NCBI GenBank assembly: GCA_041844835.1
Contig: JBGZBU010000026.1
Span: forward strand, 7,641-71,640
Source of the DNA: Anaerovoracaceae bacterium
GTDB lineage: Bacteria > Bacillota > Clostridia > Peptostreptococcales > Anaerovoracaceae
Direction of reading: 5' to 3'
DNA: 64,000 bases
In this document: positions 28,481 to 39,686 of the stretch, in pieces
Layout: each line of letters starts with the position of its first letter
Numbering within the stretch: the stretch's first letter is position 1
Notes under the pieces: model-generated
Seen by the model: the letters and a program-made list of their open reading frames with translations, nothing else
The model's database searches: none
What the model was told of the DNA's origin: nothing
Made by a program: the position numbers and the translations under genes

Positions 28481-30363
28481 CAATCTACGCCTTTCATGCC
28501 GCGAATCGGCGCCGTCGGCAGGATTATCTTGAACAGAGAGCCCTCGCCTATAACGCTCTCTACCTCCATATATCCGTCGTGATCTTCTACAATCTGTTTC
28601 GTTATCGCAAGTCCGAGTCCGGTGCCGCCTTTTTCACGCGAACGCGCCTTGTCGGCTCTGAAAAAACGCTCAAATATCCTCGGCAGATCGCTCTCGGATA
28701 TCCCTATCCCATAGTCTCTTACTGAAATCATTACTTGCTTCCCGCCCGGCTTCAATATGGAGATATCAACCTCCACAATTGCGCCCTTTTTGTTATAGCG
28801 TATTGCATTGCTCAAAACATTCATGAGCACCTGTTCGATGCCGTCGCGATCCACGACCGCCTGTACGTTCATATTCTCATCATAAAGCTTGACCACCGTC
28901 TGTCCGTTCTGCTCGGCTGTCATGCGCACCTTTTCTATCGCGGTATTTACAAGCATAGCCAAATTGCGCTGCTTTTTATTCCACTGCTGCCTGTTGTTGT
29001 CAAGTTTTGAGAGTTTCAGCAAGTCTATCACCAGTCTGTTCATACGATCCGTTTCCTTGTCGATGATTTCAAGGAAATTGCGTGAAATTTCGGGATTGTT
29101 TATCTCGTGTCCCAGCATATCTGAATTCATCAGCGTCTCGGTGTAGCTTTTAATGGTCGTGAGCGGTGTCTTCAATTCATGAGAAACATTCGCAACAAAA
29201 TCCATCTGCATATTTTCCAATCGCTGCATCTGAGTCACATCGTGAATGAGAAGAATGATCCCTATGTCCTTTCCGTCATCGTCCTGAAAACGCGTGTACC
29301 GCGCGGCATAGAGAGTATCTCCGGCATCAATGCTCTGCGCCACTGAAGAATTCTTGGATTTTTCCAGCATGGTCTTGAAATTTATCTGCTCTCCCAGCGG
29401 AGCGAACATTTCGTCAAATTTGAGATTTATCAGGGTGCCGCCTTTTTTCTTCAATATGGAAATCGCGGCGGGATTGACATGAATCACGTTTCCCCGCATA
29501 TCGGTTGCGATCAAACCGCCCGCCATGTAGCGCAATATGGTTTCGAGCTTGTTTTTTTCGACGGTCATATCTCCTATGGTTTTGTCTAGCTCGGAACGCA
29601 GCATATTGAACATCATTGCAAGCTGCCCTATCTCGTCATCCGATTTCACATCAACCTCACAGCTGAAATCTCCGGCTGCCATGCGCCTTGCCTTTGCCGT
29701 CACGTCATTGATAGGCACCGTGATGCTGCGTGCAATGAAAAAGCCCAGCACTACAGTAACCAGAATCGCCAGCAATATTGCCTTTGCAACGATTTGTGTG
29801 GATTCACTTATGGTTTTTTCGATGCTGGTCATGTCGGCTCTGACGAGCAACACCCCTTTAGCCGACTTGCTCTTGCCGCCCGATATCGGAAACGCAATAT
29901 TCATAACTGGCATATCGCGCATCGCAAGCCTGACATACGATTCCGAATATCCGCTCTTACCGGTCAGCCCCCGAAATATCAGCTCATCATCCAATACGCC
30001 TATCGCGCTTTTCTGACTGCTTTGAGCAGTAGTCGCCACGATATTCATATTTCGATCTATCACAAAAACCTCGGACTGCAGAGTTTTCCCCCATGCTTCA
30101 AGATCCGCTTTAATCTCGTTTCGATGTCCCGCAAGCGAATCATAATCCGCCATGGTTTTTAAGAGGGTTCCCTCGTTCACAATCTGCATCAGATTGTCGC
30201 GCATCGTGTTTTTATAATACGCGTCCAGACGGCTTATCATGAAGACACCCACGATTGAAACCGCTACAAAAACGAGCAGACAGTAAATGAGCACGATCTT
30301 CCATCTGATGCTCCTGCTTCCGGTCTTAATCTTTGTAAGCACTGCTTGACTCATGTCGATCAT
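28480..30363 (-). CDS. walK: WalK-like sensor histidine kinase (2 TM helices, HAMP, PAS, HisKA, HATPase)
   Basis: It has the H-box FVANVSHELKTPLT plus N, G1 and G2 boxes (NAIRYN, DYGIGI, GGTGLGLAI). It overlaps the regulator gene by 4 nt. Confidence 0.7.
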   Translation of the reverse strand: MIDMSQAVLTKIKTGSRSIRWKIVLIYCLLVFVAVSIVGVFMISRLDAYYKNTMRDNLMQIVNEGTLLKTMADYDSLAGHRNEIKADLEAWGKTLQSEVFVIDRNMNIVATTAQSSQKSAIGVLDDELIFRGLTGKSGYSESYVRLAMRDMPVMNIAFPISGGKSKSAKGVLLVRADMTSIEKTISESTQIVAKAILLAILVTVVLGFFIARSITVPINDVTAKARRMAAGDFSCEVDVKSDDEIGQLAMMFNMLRSELDKTIGDMTVEKNKLETILRYMAGGLIATDMRGNVIHVNPAAISILKKKGGTLINLKFDEMFAPLGEQINFKTMLEKSKNSSVAQSIDAGDTLYAARYTRFQDDDGKDIGIILLIHDVTQMQRLENMQMDFVANVSHELKTPLTTIKSYTETLMNSDMLGHEINNPEISRNFLEIIDKETDRMNRLVIDLLKLSKLDNNRQQWNKKQRNLAMLVNTAIEKVRMTAEQNGQTVVKLYDENMNVQAVVDRDGIEQVLMNVLSNAIRYNKKGAIVEVDISILKPGGKQVMISVRDYGIGISESDLPRIFERFFRADKARSREKGGTGLGLAITKQIVEDHDGYMEVESVIGEGSLFKIILPTAPIRGMKGVD

Positions 30364-31061
30364 TCCCCGTTAAAATAGTAGCCTATGCCGCGTTTCGTCA
30401 TGATATATTTGGGTTTACTCGAATCATCCTCGACCTTCTCTCGCAATCTGCGAACCGTCACGTCCACCGTTCTTATGTCGCCGTAGTATTGATAGCCCCA
30501 TACATCTTCGAGCAGCTGTTCCCGCGAAAACACGCGATTAGGTTCATTTGCAAGGTGCCGAAACAACTCAAATTCGCGAAGCGTCAGCTCCAGCGGCTTG
30601 CCGTTTTTGCGCAGCTCGTACCTGTTCATATCTATCTCGAGGCTGCTTATAGCAGTCAGCTTTGCAGGACTGTCTTTCATTTCCGCCATGAAATCGGTGC
30701 GTCTGATATTTGCATTGATTCTTGCTATGAGCTCCCGCATGCTGAACGGTTTTGTAATGTAATCGTCCGCACCGAGTTCCAAACCCAATACTTTGTCCAC
30801 CTCTTCTTCCTTTGCGGTCAAAATGATTATGGGAACGTTGTTATTTTTTGCACGCACTCTCTTGCAGACTTCAAAGCCGTCGATTTTGGGAAGCATTACA
30901 TCTAAAAGGATCAAATCGGGATCATGCTGCTCCGCCTTTTGCAAGGCATCTTCGCCATCATACGCCACAAGCGCCGAAAATCCCTGGCTCTCGATATTAA
31001 ATTTAATAATATCGGAAATAGCCACTTCATCTTCAACTATAAGGACTGTTTTCTCTTTCAT
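30360..31061 (-). CDS. walR: WalR-like OmpR-family response regulator
   Basis: The receiver domain (VLIVEDE, LILLDVMLP, TAK) is followed by a winged helix ending KRGIGYYF. Confidence 0.75.
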   Translation of the reverse strand: MKEKTVLIVEDEVAISDIIKFNIESQGFSALVAYDGEDALQKAEQHDPDLILLDVMLPKIDGFEVCKRVRAKNNNVPIIILTAKEEEVDKVLGLELGADDYITKPFSMRELIARINANIRRTDFMAEMKDSPAKLTAISSLEIDMNRYELRKNGKPLELTLREFELFRHLANEPNRVFSREQLLEDVWGYQYYGDIRTVDVTVRRLREKVEDDSSKPKYIMTKRGIGYYFNGE

Positions 31062-31127
31062 AATACCCCCCTCCGTTTCGCTGAATTACAAACTGACGAC
31101 ATGAAAACACTAAAATTTTCTGTAACC

Positions 31128-33323
31128 TCACCTGGTATATTTATCCGGATTTACCGGAACTCCGCCTTTTTGTATCTCATAATGACAATGCGGGCCTGTG
31201 CTCCTTCCCGTATTTCCTACATTTGCGATATGCTGCCCCTTGTACACTCTTGTGCCGGGACTTACCAATATTTTGCTGCAGTGCGCATATATCGAAACAA
31301 AACCGTTTCCGTGATTTATCTTGACTACATATCCGTACGAGCCGTGATAGCCCGCCTGCACCACCGTTCCGCCGTCGGCAGCTTTGATCGGGGTACCCAC
31401 GGGGGCCGCCAAATCGATACCGTTATGCATTCTGCCCCAACGTTTGCCGAATCCTGAAGATCTGCGTCCGTTCAGCGGCCAAGAGAAAGAGCCGGATCCG
31501 TATGTTGACGGTTTCGCTTTGGTTCCCACGTATACGACCTCTGTGACGGGCGAGCTTGCGGTCTTCGCCTCAAGCTCGATTTTTGCAATCTCCACACCGT
31601 TATGCCTTACTATTTTTGCTTTGACGTTGCGTACTCCGGCAACACCCGCGCGATGCACTTTGCGCTCGCCTTTAAATATACTGTCACTTTCCTTGTATTC
31701 GATCTCATATGGCAGCGCCTCGTCGTAATTCGCAATTTCAATCGTCTGCAGCGTAAGCATCGGGACGCTTACAGGCACCACTATGCGCTGCCCCACAATC
31801 AGCTGCTCGGGATTCGCATCGGGATTTAATTTTTGCAGCTTGATTATATTTATTCCATATTCCGCGGCTATACCTGCCAAAGTATCTCCGCCCACAACAT
31901 AATGATTTATTTTTTTCTCGCCGCCCGTCATACAGTGATTTATGGCTTCATCAATCCGCATTATATCTCCCAAGCTTGCATCAATCCATTTGTATTTGAT
32001 ATTCTCAGCGAATTTGATTTTTTCGTATTTCACGTTTTCACTGTCCGCCATATACATTTTTTTTACGGTATTTATGAATTTTTTCGCCGCAGTCTTATTA
32101 TTAAATACCGCCACCTTTTTCCCGTCGGCATAGATCGCATACGCGCGCACGCTCATGTCCCGCATATATGTCAATTTCGTCAGTACATCTTCAGGAGAAT
32201 CAACACCGGAAGACATGTTGAAAACACGCCTGAATTCTATATCCTTGCGCGGATTGATCGCGATTTCCGCGTCATATTCCCGAGAAAGCTCGGAACTTAT
32301 GAGATCCAAAACGCTGTACACATCTTCGTGCTGCCGCACTTTCCCCAGAACTTTGCCGTTATACGAATACTCATATGCCGTCAGCTGCGTTGCGAGTGAA
32401 ATAATTATCAACACAATTATAAAAGTCGCCGTTGCCGCATGAAAAACGATCCCCTTGTTTTTATCGAGCCACTGTTTTGACAGATTATAGGCGGACGCTA
32501 TTCGGTTTCTTAAGCGCAAAAAAGTGGATTCCAGCTTATTTATGCTCTCGTCGAAACCGTCAACTATACTTGTTACGATCGCTGAAATGCGCGCATCTCG
32601 CCGCCAAAACTCCCGTGATAAAATCTTAAATTTAATTCTTGCGATCCTTGTACGCCTGCTGAATTTAACATATGTGTCGGGATGTTTTCTGCTCAGACAT
32701 TCCACAATTTTCCCCGCTACAAATCCCGCTTTTTCTTTGATCGCTTTTTCAGCCCTGCCACTTGCATCAAGGAGCCGATTCTGCACCATTTCAAGTCTTG
32801 AATGCGGCGGGATCGCCTCTTCCACTTCCGCATCGATAAAATCGGCTATTGACATCTGTCCGTCGAGTTTGATCGGCAGATCCGGGAACTCTTCATCCGA
32901 ATCGATGGAATCAGCGAATCTTTCATATTCATCGCCATCTGGAAGCTCGTAGCGCAGTCTCATTTTAATACTGTTGCTCTCCGCCTCAGCGGCAGCCTCG
33001 TCACGTTTTTCGCGCCTTGCCTGCTGTCGCTCGCGCAGCCCCTCACGCTGTATTTCAAGTTCCGCCTGCATCTTGTCTATTCCGGAAAAACTTTCATGAC
33101 GAAGGCGTACCAAATGGCTGTCCACCTTTTTTTGCAAGTCGGACTTAACCTCCTGCCTGGTCGGACCGTCTCTGAAATCTTTGAGAGGATCGGGATTGAA
33201 AAAATGTTTTACGGCAGCAAGCAATCCGCCCCGCTGCCTGATCTTTTTTTTGCGGTTCCACGTTCCCATATCATCAACTTTATCTGTATTTTTTTTCGTT
33301 TTTCTTTCTATGATTTTTGCCAT
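31128..33323 (-). CDS. M23-family peptidoglycan metalloendopeptidase with LysM and G5-like domains
   Basis: The N-terminus is charged and is followed by a TM helix. A LysM domain is present (HYVVGGDTLAGIAAEYGI). The M23 motifs are HNGIDLAAPVGTP and HCHYEI. Confidence 0.85.
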   Translation of the reverse strand: MAKIIERKTKKNTDKVDDMGTWNRKKKIRQRGGLLAAVKHFFNPDPLKDFRDGPTRQEVKSDLQKKVDSHLVRLRHESFSGIDKMQAELEIQREGLRERQQARREKRDEAAAEAESNSIKMRLRYELPDGDEYERFADSIDSDEEFPDLPIKLDGQMSIADFIDAEVEEAIPPHSRLEMVQNRLLDASGRAEKAIKEKAGFVAGKIVECLSRKHPDTYVKFSRRTRIARIKFKILSREFWRRDARISAIVTSIVDGFDESINKLESTFLRLRNRIASAYNLSKQWLDKNKGIVFHAATATFIIVLIIISLATQLTAYEYSYNGKVLGKVRQHEDVYSVLDLISSELSREYDAEIAINPRKDIEFRRVFNMSSGVDSPEDVLTKLTYMRDMSVRAYAIYADGKKVAVFNNKTAAKKFINTVKKMYMADSENVKYEKIKFAENIKYKWIDASLGDIMRIDEAINHCMTGGEKKINHYVVGGDTLAGIAAEYGINIIKLQKLNPDANPEQLIVGQRIVVPVSVPMLTLQTIEIANYDEALPYEIEYKESDSIFKGERKVHRAGVAGVRNVKAKIVRHNGVEIAKIELEAKTASSPVTEVVYVGTKAKPSTYGSGSFSWPLNGRRSSGFGKRWGRMHNGIDLAAPVGTPIKAADGGTVVQAGYHGSYGYVVKINHGNGFVSIYAHCSKILVSPGTRVYKGQHIANVGNTGRSTGPHCHYEIQKGGVPVNPDKYTR

Positions 33324-34579
33324 TCCACAGCCTCATTCAATACGCGATTGAAACAGATGCATTTCGCACCCTCATCATTTTTCCCCGTATCGTTACAAAT
33401 CGGGCAACTGTACTGAATATCCAAATAATTATCGTCTACGCCCTCAGATTTGAGTATTCTTTTTTCCTCAAATCTGAGCGCTTCAATTTCCTTCTCCAAT
33501 TCCTGTATGCGGTCGTCGGTACCCACTCCGCCGCGCCGTATCATTCTGCGTGTCAATTCCATGGTATCTTTTCTAATCTGTTCGCGCATTTGCTTCAAAA
33601 GCGGGTGCTTGGCATACATGGCGGTTCGCCTTTGCTCAAGCTCTTTTTTCGCCTTGGTGCGCAAATACTCATAATAGCGTTCAGCCGCCTCATCAAAATT
33701 CGCCACCGCAGGAGCGGGTTGATTCCGGACGGCTTGTGCGTCCTGCCTCATTCCGCGTATAACCTTATCAACGTAGTTTATATTGGGATTTGATATCCCG
33801 CTGGTTTTGGCGCATGCGGAGATGACATCGTCAAGACTCATACCAAGATCATCGAACCACACATCCATGATATTGCGTTCGTTCTCCGTCGGATTCCGCG
33901 AAAATCCGAGAGCCCTGAAAATGCGCTTGTAATTATAATATTTCCCTTCGATTCCCGTCAGGTATTCTTCGACATCCGCTTTTGTCTTTAACCCCTGCCT
34001 GACCCAGTCACAAATTATTCTCGCGGTGTAATTGACATTATCCACGTTTTTTTCTTTTTTGGTGTAGGCATAAGCGACGGAGATCAACTCGGGAGCAGCT
34101 CCTTCGTCCGATATAAGCGCAAGTATCTGCTTTATCTCATTGCTGGAAAGCATTCGTCCCAAAACGCGCTCTATATAATCAAACATTTTGCTTATCGCCT
34201 CGTTATCCATGAGTACCTTTGCGCTTGAAACGAAACCGTCCTCATGTTCCTCCGCCTGTATCCCGTACAGACTGTCTTTCTTGCTGAGAAATTCTACATC
34301 ATATGAAAAATCGGAAGCTTCGGAAATATATATTTTTTTTATTAAATTCTTTTGCTCCCAGTAATTCCAAGCCTTCAAGACGTCTTCGACTTCAAGCTCA
34401 CAGCGTTTTGCTATTTCCTGATTGCTCATTTTTCCGCCCACGCCGGCATCCATGAGCCCCAGCAAAAATACCTTGACGTAATCCCCGGGCGCGGCGGGCA
34501 TGTATTCATTTATAAATATGTTCTCCACCTCGGTATCGACGAGATAGACTTCTTTACAGATGCGCTTTGAAAAACCCAT
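33308..34579 (-). CDS. DnaD/DnaB_2-domain replication protein with a C-terminal Cys4 zinc ribbon
   Basis: There are two DnaD-type repeats (SNEIKQILALISDEG...NYTARIICDW and ERNIMDVWFDDLG...NYVDKVIRGM). A coiled coil follows, then CPICNDTG...CICF. Confidence 0.65.
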   Translation of the reverse strand: MGFSKRICKEVYLVDTEVENIFINEYMPAAPGDYVKVFLLGLMDAGVGGKMSNQEIAKRCELEVEDVLKAWNYWEQKNLIKKIYISEASDFSYDVEFLSKKDSLYGIQAEEHEDGFVSSAKVLMDNEAISKMFDYIERVLGRMLSSNEIKQILALISDEGAAPELISVAYAYTKKEKNVDNVNYTARIICDWVRQGLKTKADVEEYLTGIEGKYYNYKRIFRALGFSRNPTENERNIMDVWFDDLGMSLDDVISACAKTSGISNPNINYVDKVIRGMRQDAQAVRNQPAPAVANFDEAAERYYEYLRTKAKKELEQRRTAMYAKHPLLKQMREQIRKDTMELTRRMIRRGGVGTDDRIQELEKEIEALRFEEKRILKSEGVDDNYLDIQYSCPICNDTGKNDEGAKCICFNRVLNEAVEWQKS

Positions 34580-34731
34580 AGTTTGTCATTCCAATCATAC
34601 AAAACCCAAATTACAACTATTTATATTTTTTACAACTTATGCTTTTTACAAGCATTTTCAATTATTCACGACATTTACAGCCATGTAAACAAATCGCAGT
34701 TATCAAACTGCACTTACTAAAATATTAAAAT

Positions 34732-36213
34732 TTAGAATGGAAGATCGTCCAGGGACTGCTCGTCGATTAAATTTGTTCCGAGTCTTGTCTGTTCCTGCGA
34801 CTCCTGCGGCGGTGCGCCGAAATCCTCATATTCTTCACTTTCAAATGGGGATGCCCCCTCATTTTGCGCAATAGGCACGTCAATGGCACCGTCGAGTTTG
34901 CTGAGATTGCCGAATCTTGTACATCTGTCCAGCCAAGCGAGGGAAATCTTCCCCGTTGCGCCGTTTCTGTGTTTTGCGATTATTACATCGCAGACCCCTT
35001 TACTTTTTGATTTTTCCTTGTTGTAGTATTCATCTCTGTACATCATTAGTACAATGTCGGCATCCTGCTCTATCGACCCCGATTCTCTCAAATCCGACAG
35101 CATCGGTTCATGACTTGAACGCTGCTCCGGCGCTCTTGACAACTGCGACAGCACAATCACGGGGCATTCCATCTCGCGTGCAAGCTGCTTTAATGAGCGC
35201 GAAATCTTGCTTATTTCGTTTTGACGATTCTCCGTACGCTCGTCCAAAGACATGAGCTGCAGATAATCGATAACAACAAGATCAAGGCCTTTTTCCGCTT
35301 TCAGCCTGCGGCATTTGTTTTTCATTTCCATGATGCTTATCGCGGAGTTGTCGTCAATGAATATGTTTGCCCTGCTCAAACTTTGTGCTGCATTCGCAAG
35401 ATCGGCATATTCCATATCTTCCAGCTCGCCGCGCTTTATTTTTGCTATGTCAAGCCTGGATTCCATAGCAAGCAAACGTTCCCCAAGCTGCGTTTTGTCC
35501 ATCTCAATACTGAAAACGAGCACCGTGGCATTCTGTGAAAGAGCCGTCTGCAACGCTATATTGAGCGCAAATGCCGTCTTCCCCATTGACGGTCGCGCAG
35601 CGAGTATTATTAAATCCGATCGCTGCAAACCGCCGGTATATCTGTCAAGATCCGTAAATCCCGTGGGCAGTCCCGTAATTCCTCCACCGCTGCTCATCGC
35701 CTGCTCCACCTTGTTAAGATTTGTTTCTATTACTCCGGCGATGGAAAAATAATCATTGGACTGCCCCTCCTGCGCAATGGAAAGTATTTGCTGCTCCGAA
35801 AAATCCAGCACTTGATTCGCATCCGTTTTCGCGGCAAAGCTTCGCTCCATTATTTCAGATGACGCCGAAATCAAATTGCGCAGAATCGCTTTTTCCAGTA
35901 CTATTTTCGCATATTCGCCGACATTTGCGGTTGACGGCACATCGGAGGACAGCACGGCAATATAAGCTCTGCCGCCGACCATTTCCAAAGTTCTGCGCTT
36001 TTTCAACTCTTCCGAGACCGTAACAGCATCAACGGGCTGCGATTTCAGATTCAGCTGCAGCATTGCGTCAAATATCTCGCGATGTGCTTCTTTGTAGAAA
36101 TGATTCGATTTTATAAGTCCCATCGCCTCGTACATCGCATCGCGGCTGAGCAGTGCGGCTCCCAGAACGGAACGCTCGGCATCATCGCTGTGCGGCGGAA
36201 TTCGCTCCCTCAT
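34732..36213 (-). CDS. dnaB: Replicative DNA helicase DnaB
   Basis: Motifs seen: [13 protein letters not shown], Walker [20 protein letters not shown]. The start at 36213 forms an ATGA overlap with the rplI stop. The C-terminal tail is acidic. Confidence 0.95.
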   Translation of the reverse strand: MRERIPPHSDDAERSVLGAALLSRDAMYEAMGLIKSNHFYKEAHREIFDAMLQLNLKSQPVDAVTVSEELKKRRTLEMVGGRAYIAVLSSDVPSTANVGEYAKIVLEKAILRNLISASSEIMERSFAAKTDANQVLDFSEQQILSIAQEGQSNDYFSIAGVIETNLNKVEQAMSSGGGITGLPTGFTDLDRYTGGLQRSDLIILAARPSMGKTAFALNIALQTALSQNATVLVFSIEMDKTQLGERLLAMESRLDIAKIKRGELEDMEYADLANAAQSLSRANIFIDDNSAISIMEMKNKCRRLKAEKGLDLVVIDYLQLMSLDERTENRQNEISKISRSLKQLAREMECPVIVLSQLSRAPEQRSSHEPMLSDLRESGSIEQDADIVLMMYRDEYYNKEKSKSKGVCDVIIAKHRNGATGKISLAWLDRCTRFGNLSKLDGAIDVPIAQNEGASPFESEEYEDFGAPPQESQEQTRLGTNLIDEQSLDDLPF

Positions 36214-36656
36214 ATTCTCACCACTTTTAAAGACAATTTCGCGCAAACGTCCCCATAGATCTTCAATTCCGCGCTATGTGACCCCAGATCCTTGATCGGC
36301 GCATCAAGCTGCAATTTTTTTCTGTCCACATCTATTCCCATTTGAGATTTGATCGCATCAGCCACATCCATATTGGTAATGGAACCGAACAGACGCTCTC
36401 CCTCACCCGCTTTCGCTTTTATCTCTATCTCCGTCTTTTCGAGACGCGCTTTCAGCTCTTCCGCACTTGCAATATCCGCAAGATGTTTTTCCGCAAGCAG
36501 TTCCTTTTGCTTTTCCAAATTGCGCACATTCCCCTCCGTAGCCTCTTTTGCAAAACCGCCGGGTATGAGCCTGTTCCTCGCATAGCCGTCCTTTACTTTT
36601 ACAACTTCTCCCGCTTTTCCGGTACCTTTAACGTCTTTTAACAATATAACTATCAT
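36210..36656 (-). CDS. rplI: 50S ribosomal protein L9
   Basis: The start [28 protein letters not shown] is canonical L9. Confidence 0.95.
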   Translation of the reverse strand: MIVILLKDVKGTGKAGEVVKVKDGYARNRLIPGGFAKEATEGNVRNLEKQKELLAEKHLADIASAEELKARLEKTEIEIKAKAGEGERLFGSITNMDVADAIKSQMGIDVDRKKLQLDAPIKDLGSHSAELKIYGDVCAKLSLKVVRI

Positions 36657-36721
36657 AATATACCTCCATGATATGAATCGGGAACTGTCATCATCCGCAT
36701 TTTTAAGGAAATGCTCTCCAT

Positions 36722-38473
36722 CTATTTAAATTTCCCCGTTTTCAGTAATTCCTTTATATTCTCAATCGCTTTGCCCGGCTCTTCATCGACCTGCGCGCCT
36801 GCTGTAAGCATATGCCCGCCGCCGCCGAAATGTTCCATGATCACCTGGACATTGAAATCGCCGAGCGACCTTGCGCTGATCAGAGTGTGCCCCTGATCAT
36901 CCCGCCCCGCGACGAAACTCGCTCTTACGCTTTTTATTTCCATCAGCTCATCCGCCGCTTGAGCATTGATAACCTGAATATTCGGATGCGCTTCCGAAGT
37001 TGTTGACAGTGCGATTCCCTCGTCCAGAAACTCCGCATCCGCCACAGCTTTTGACCTTATCCTGAATGAGGCTTCATCCGTCTTGAAAAATCTTCTGACC
37101 GCAGTAGTATCCGCACCCATTCCCCTAAGCCATGAGGCGGCGTCAAATGTACGCACACCGGTTTTTACGGAAAAATGATTTGTGTCCACCGTAATCCCCG
37201 CAAGCAAAGCCTCTGCGTCCATTTTTTCCAAATCTCTTTTGTCAAGGGTATACTCCAAAATTTCCGTAACAAGCTCTGATGTGGAAGAGGCGTACGGTTC
37301 CATGTATGCCAGAGTAGGATTTTCTATAGCATCCGTAGAACGCCTGTGATGATCAAGAACCGCAATCTTCTCCGCCATTTCGAGCAGTACGGGGCATTCC
37401 GTCATAGTCGGACGATGGGTATCAACGACAACAAGCAGAGTATCTTTATCCAACATTTTTATCGCTCTGTCATGATTGATGAAACTGTAAAGTCCGCTTT
37501 CCTTTGCCTGCAAAAAAATATCGGCAAGCGACTCCGTATAGGTGTTTATCACAACATGAGCTTCTATATCACATGCATCGGCAAGGCGATACATGCCCAG
37601 TGCCGCGCCGAAAGAGTCCATATCCGGGTTTCGGTGCCCCATGATGAGCACGCGGCTAGCCTGATTTATGAGCTGAACAATCGCGTGCGCCACTATTCTG
37701 GACTTGCCCTTGTTTCGCTTTTCCACCGCTTCAGATTTTCCCCCGAAATGCTCTATGAAATTGCCTCTTTTTATTACCGCCTGATCTCCTCCGCGAGCCA
37801 GTGCCAGATCAACTGCAGCCATCGCATACTGATCCGTAACCGCAAGATTTTTTCCGTCGAGTCCGAATCCTATGCTCAACGTCACCGGGAAATCCGCCTC
37901 GGTTTGAATCTCTCTTACATCCTCAAATATTGCGAACTTACCGTCGTACATCCGCTGATATTCGTGATTTTTAAGAACTATAAAATACTGATTCGCCTTT
38001 GTTTTCGTAACGGATGCATTGAATTTCGCGCCCCATTGACGCAATTCCTTGTCGATATCCGATATGATAATTGACCTGTTTTCCTCAGCCGTGCTTGCTA
38101 TCAACTCATCGTAATTATCGATATTGACTACGGCAATGACTATCTTATTTCTGTCATTTTCCTCAGCCAATCCGTCATAGTAGGTTATTTCATTGAAATA
38201 TATGGCGATGTAATCTCCCATGCCTGCCGGAATTAAATCAAATGTTTTTTTATTTCGCCTGACCTGCAACTTTTCTGATACCGCCTCAAACTGCATGACG
38301 CGAATTCCCGTCAGTGCAAATATGTCAAGACCTTCTATATCCGAGTACATGAATACATCGTCTATTCGTCTGCTTGCCTTTACTATTCTGCCCGTTTTGT
38401 CAATTATGCAGACCGGAAACGGGATATCATCAACCGCTATATGTTCGATATTCTTTTCATTTATATCTGTCAT
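36722..38473 (-). CDS. GdpP-like DHH/DHHA1 phosphoesterase (PAS-like, degenerate GGDEF, DHH, DHHA1) apparently lacking TM helices
   Basis: It has the DHH motif ([15 protein letters not shown] at LDHHRRS) and the DHHA1 motif GGGGH. The synteny gdpP-rplI-dnaB matches Bacillus. The start is uncertain (ATG 38473 or GTG 38539). Confidence 0.75.
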   Translation of the reverse strand: MTDINEKNIEHIAVDDIPFPVCIIDKTGRIVKASRRIDDVFMYSDIEGLDIFALTGIRVMQFEAVSEKLQVRRNKKTFDLIPAGMGDYIAIYFNEITYYDGLAEENDRNKIVIAVVNIDNYDELIASTAEENRSIIISDIDKELRQWGAKFNASVTKTKANQYFIVLKNHEYQRMYDGKFAIFEDVREIQTEADFPVTLSIGFGLDGKNLAVTDQYAMAAVDLALARGGDQAVIKRGNFIEHFGGKSEAVEKRNKGKSRIVAHAIVQLINQASRVLIMGHRNPDMDSFGAALGMYRLADACDIEAHVVINTYTESLADIFLQAKESGLYSFINHDRAIKMLDKDTLLVVVDTHRPTMTECPVLLEMAEKIAVLDHHRRSTDAIENPTLAYMEPYASSTSELVTEILEYTLDKRDLEKMDAEALLAGITVDTNHFSVKTGVRTFDAASWLRGMGADTTAVRRFFKTDEASFRIRSKAVADAEFLDEGIALSTTSEAHPNIQVINAQAADELMEIKSVRASFVAGRDDQGHTLISARSLGDFNVQVIMEHFGGGGHMLTAGAQVDEEPGKAIENIKELLKTGKFK

Positions 38474-38655
38474 ATGCTCCTCACAAATATTTCCAAGCAA
38501 AACACCACATATATTATATATTGCCAATAATTGTATCACGTTTTTGGGGTTTTTTCAATGCAAGACGCACGCCTTGGGCGTGCGTCAAATCAAGCTTATT
38601 TCAAGCATTTGCGGCAATTCATGCATTCCACATGCAATCTCCACATTTACGATAT

Positions 38656-38892
38656 TTACTCGGCTGTATACGGAAGCAACGCCACAATTCTTGCTCTTTT
38701 GATAGCTCTTGCGACTTCTCTCTGATGCATCGAGCAAGTGCCCGTAACCCTCTTTGGAAGAATCTTGCCTCTCTCCGTTATATATTTTCTAAGCTTTTCA
38801 ACGTCTTTATAATCGATCGACTCAGTCTTATCCGCGCAAAACTGGCAAACTTTTTTTCTTCTCATTCCCGGATTATTAAATCTTCTCTCCAT
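38656..38892 (-). CDS. rpsR: 30S ribosomal protein S18
   Basis: It has [36 protein letters not shown]. Confidence 0.95.
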   Translation of the reverse strand: MERRFNNPGMRRKKVCQFCADKTESIDYKDVEKLRKYITERGKILPKRVTGTCSMHQREVARAIKRARIVALLPYTAE

Positions 38893-38930
38893 GGAAATCT
38901 CCTTTCATATTGAAATTGAATCAGAACAAG

Positions 38931-39389
38931 TTAGAACGGCAAATCGTCATCATCGATTATCGATTTGAATCCGCTGTCATCACCGAAATCCGCCGACGGA
39001 CTATCGCCGCCCGACTGTGCGCCGCCGAATCCCGACTCGGAATATCCGCGAGACTCTCCCTGAGCGCCGCCGCTGCCAAGGAACTCAACCCGCTCGGCAA
39101 CCACATCGGTAGTATATACCGTAGACCCGTCCTTATTGGTATAGCTCCCGGTCTGAATTCTTCCCTGAACCGCAACCTGTCTTCCTTTATCGAGATAGCG
39201 CTCGCAATTTTCCGCCTGCCTGCCGAACACAGTAATTCGGATAAAATCCGCCTGTCTCTCCTTCCCCGCTCTTGCGGGACGATCCACTGCAAGAGTGAAT
39301 ACCGCAACAGCAAGCTGATCACCCGACCCTTGCGTATACCGAACTTCGGGTTTCTTTGTCAATCTGCCAATCAAAACAACATTGTTCAT
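38931..39389 (-). CDS. ssb: Single-stranded DNA-binding protein
   Basis: The OB fold begins MNNVVLIGRLTKKPEVRYT. A Gly-rich linker follows, and the protein ends in the acidic tip DDDLPF. Confidence 0.95.
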   Translation of the reverse strand: MNNVVLIGRLTKKPEVRYTQGSGDQLAVAVFTLAVDRPARAGKERQADFIRITVFGRQAENCERYLDKGRQVAVQGRIQTGSYTNKDGSTVYTTDVVAERVEFLGSGGAQGESRGYSESGFGGAQSGGDSPSADFGDDSGFKSIIDDDDLPF

Positions 39390-39398
39390 AATCGCCTC

Positions 39399-39686
39399 CT
39401 ATTTCTCTTCTTTATTGATGATAAGATGACGCATTACATTGTCGGAAATTTTAAGTCTTCTGTCCAACTCTTTCGGCAATTCGGGACTTGCCTTGAACTC
39501 AACAACAAAATAAAATGCTTCATTTTTCTTGTTGATAGGATATGCCGTCTTTTGCACGCCCATGATGTTGATATCGCCCACTTCTCCGTCAGCTGATATA
39601 ATCCCTTTGATCGTTTCGATTGCGGAATCCCTTGCGGAGTCTTCAAGAGCCGGATCAAGCAAAATCATCGCTTCATATTTAATCAT
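39399..39686 (-). CDS. rpsF: 30S ribosomal protein S6
   Basis: It begins MIKYEAMILLDP and has a GAGGAGGTG RBS. The order rpsF-ssb-rpsR is conserved. Confidence 0.95.
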   Translation of the reverse strand: MIKYEAMILLDPALEDSARDSAIETIKGIISADGEVGDINIMGVQKTAYPINKKNEAFYFVVEFKASPELPKELDRRLKISDNVMRHLIINKEEK

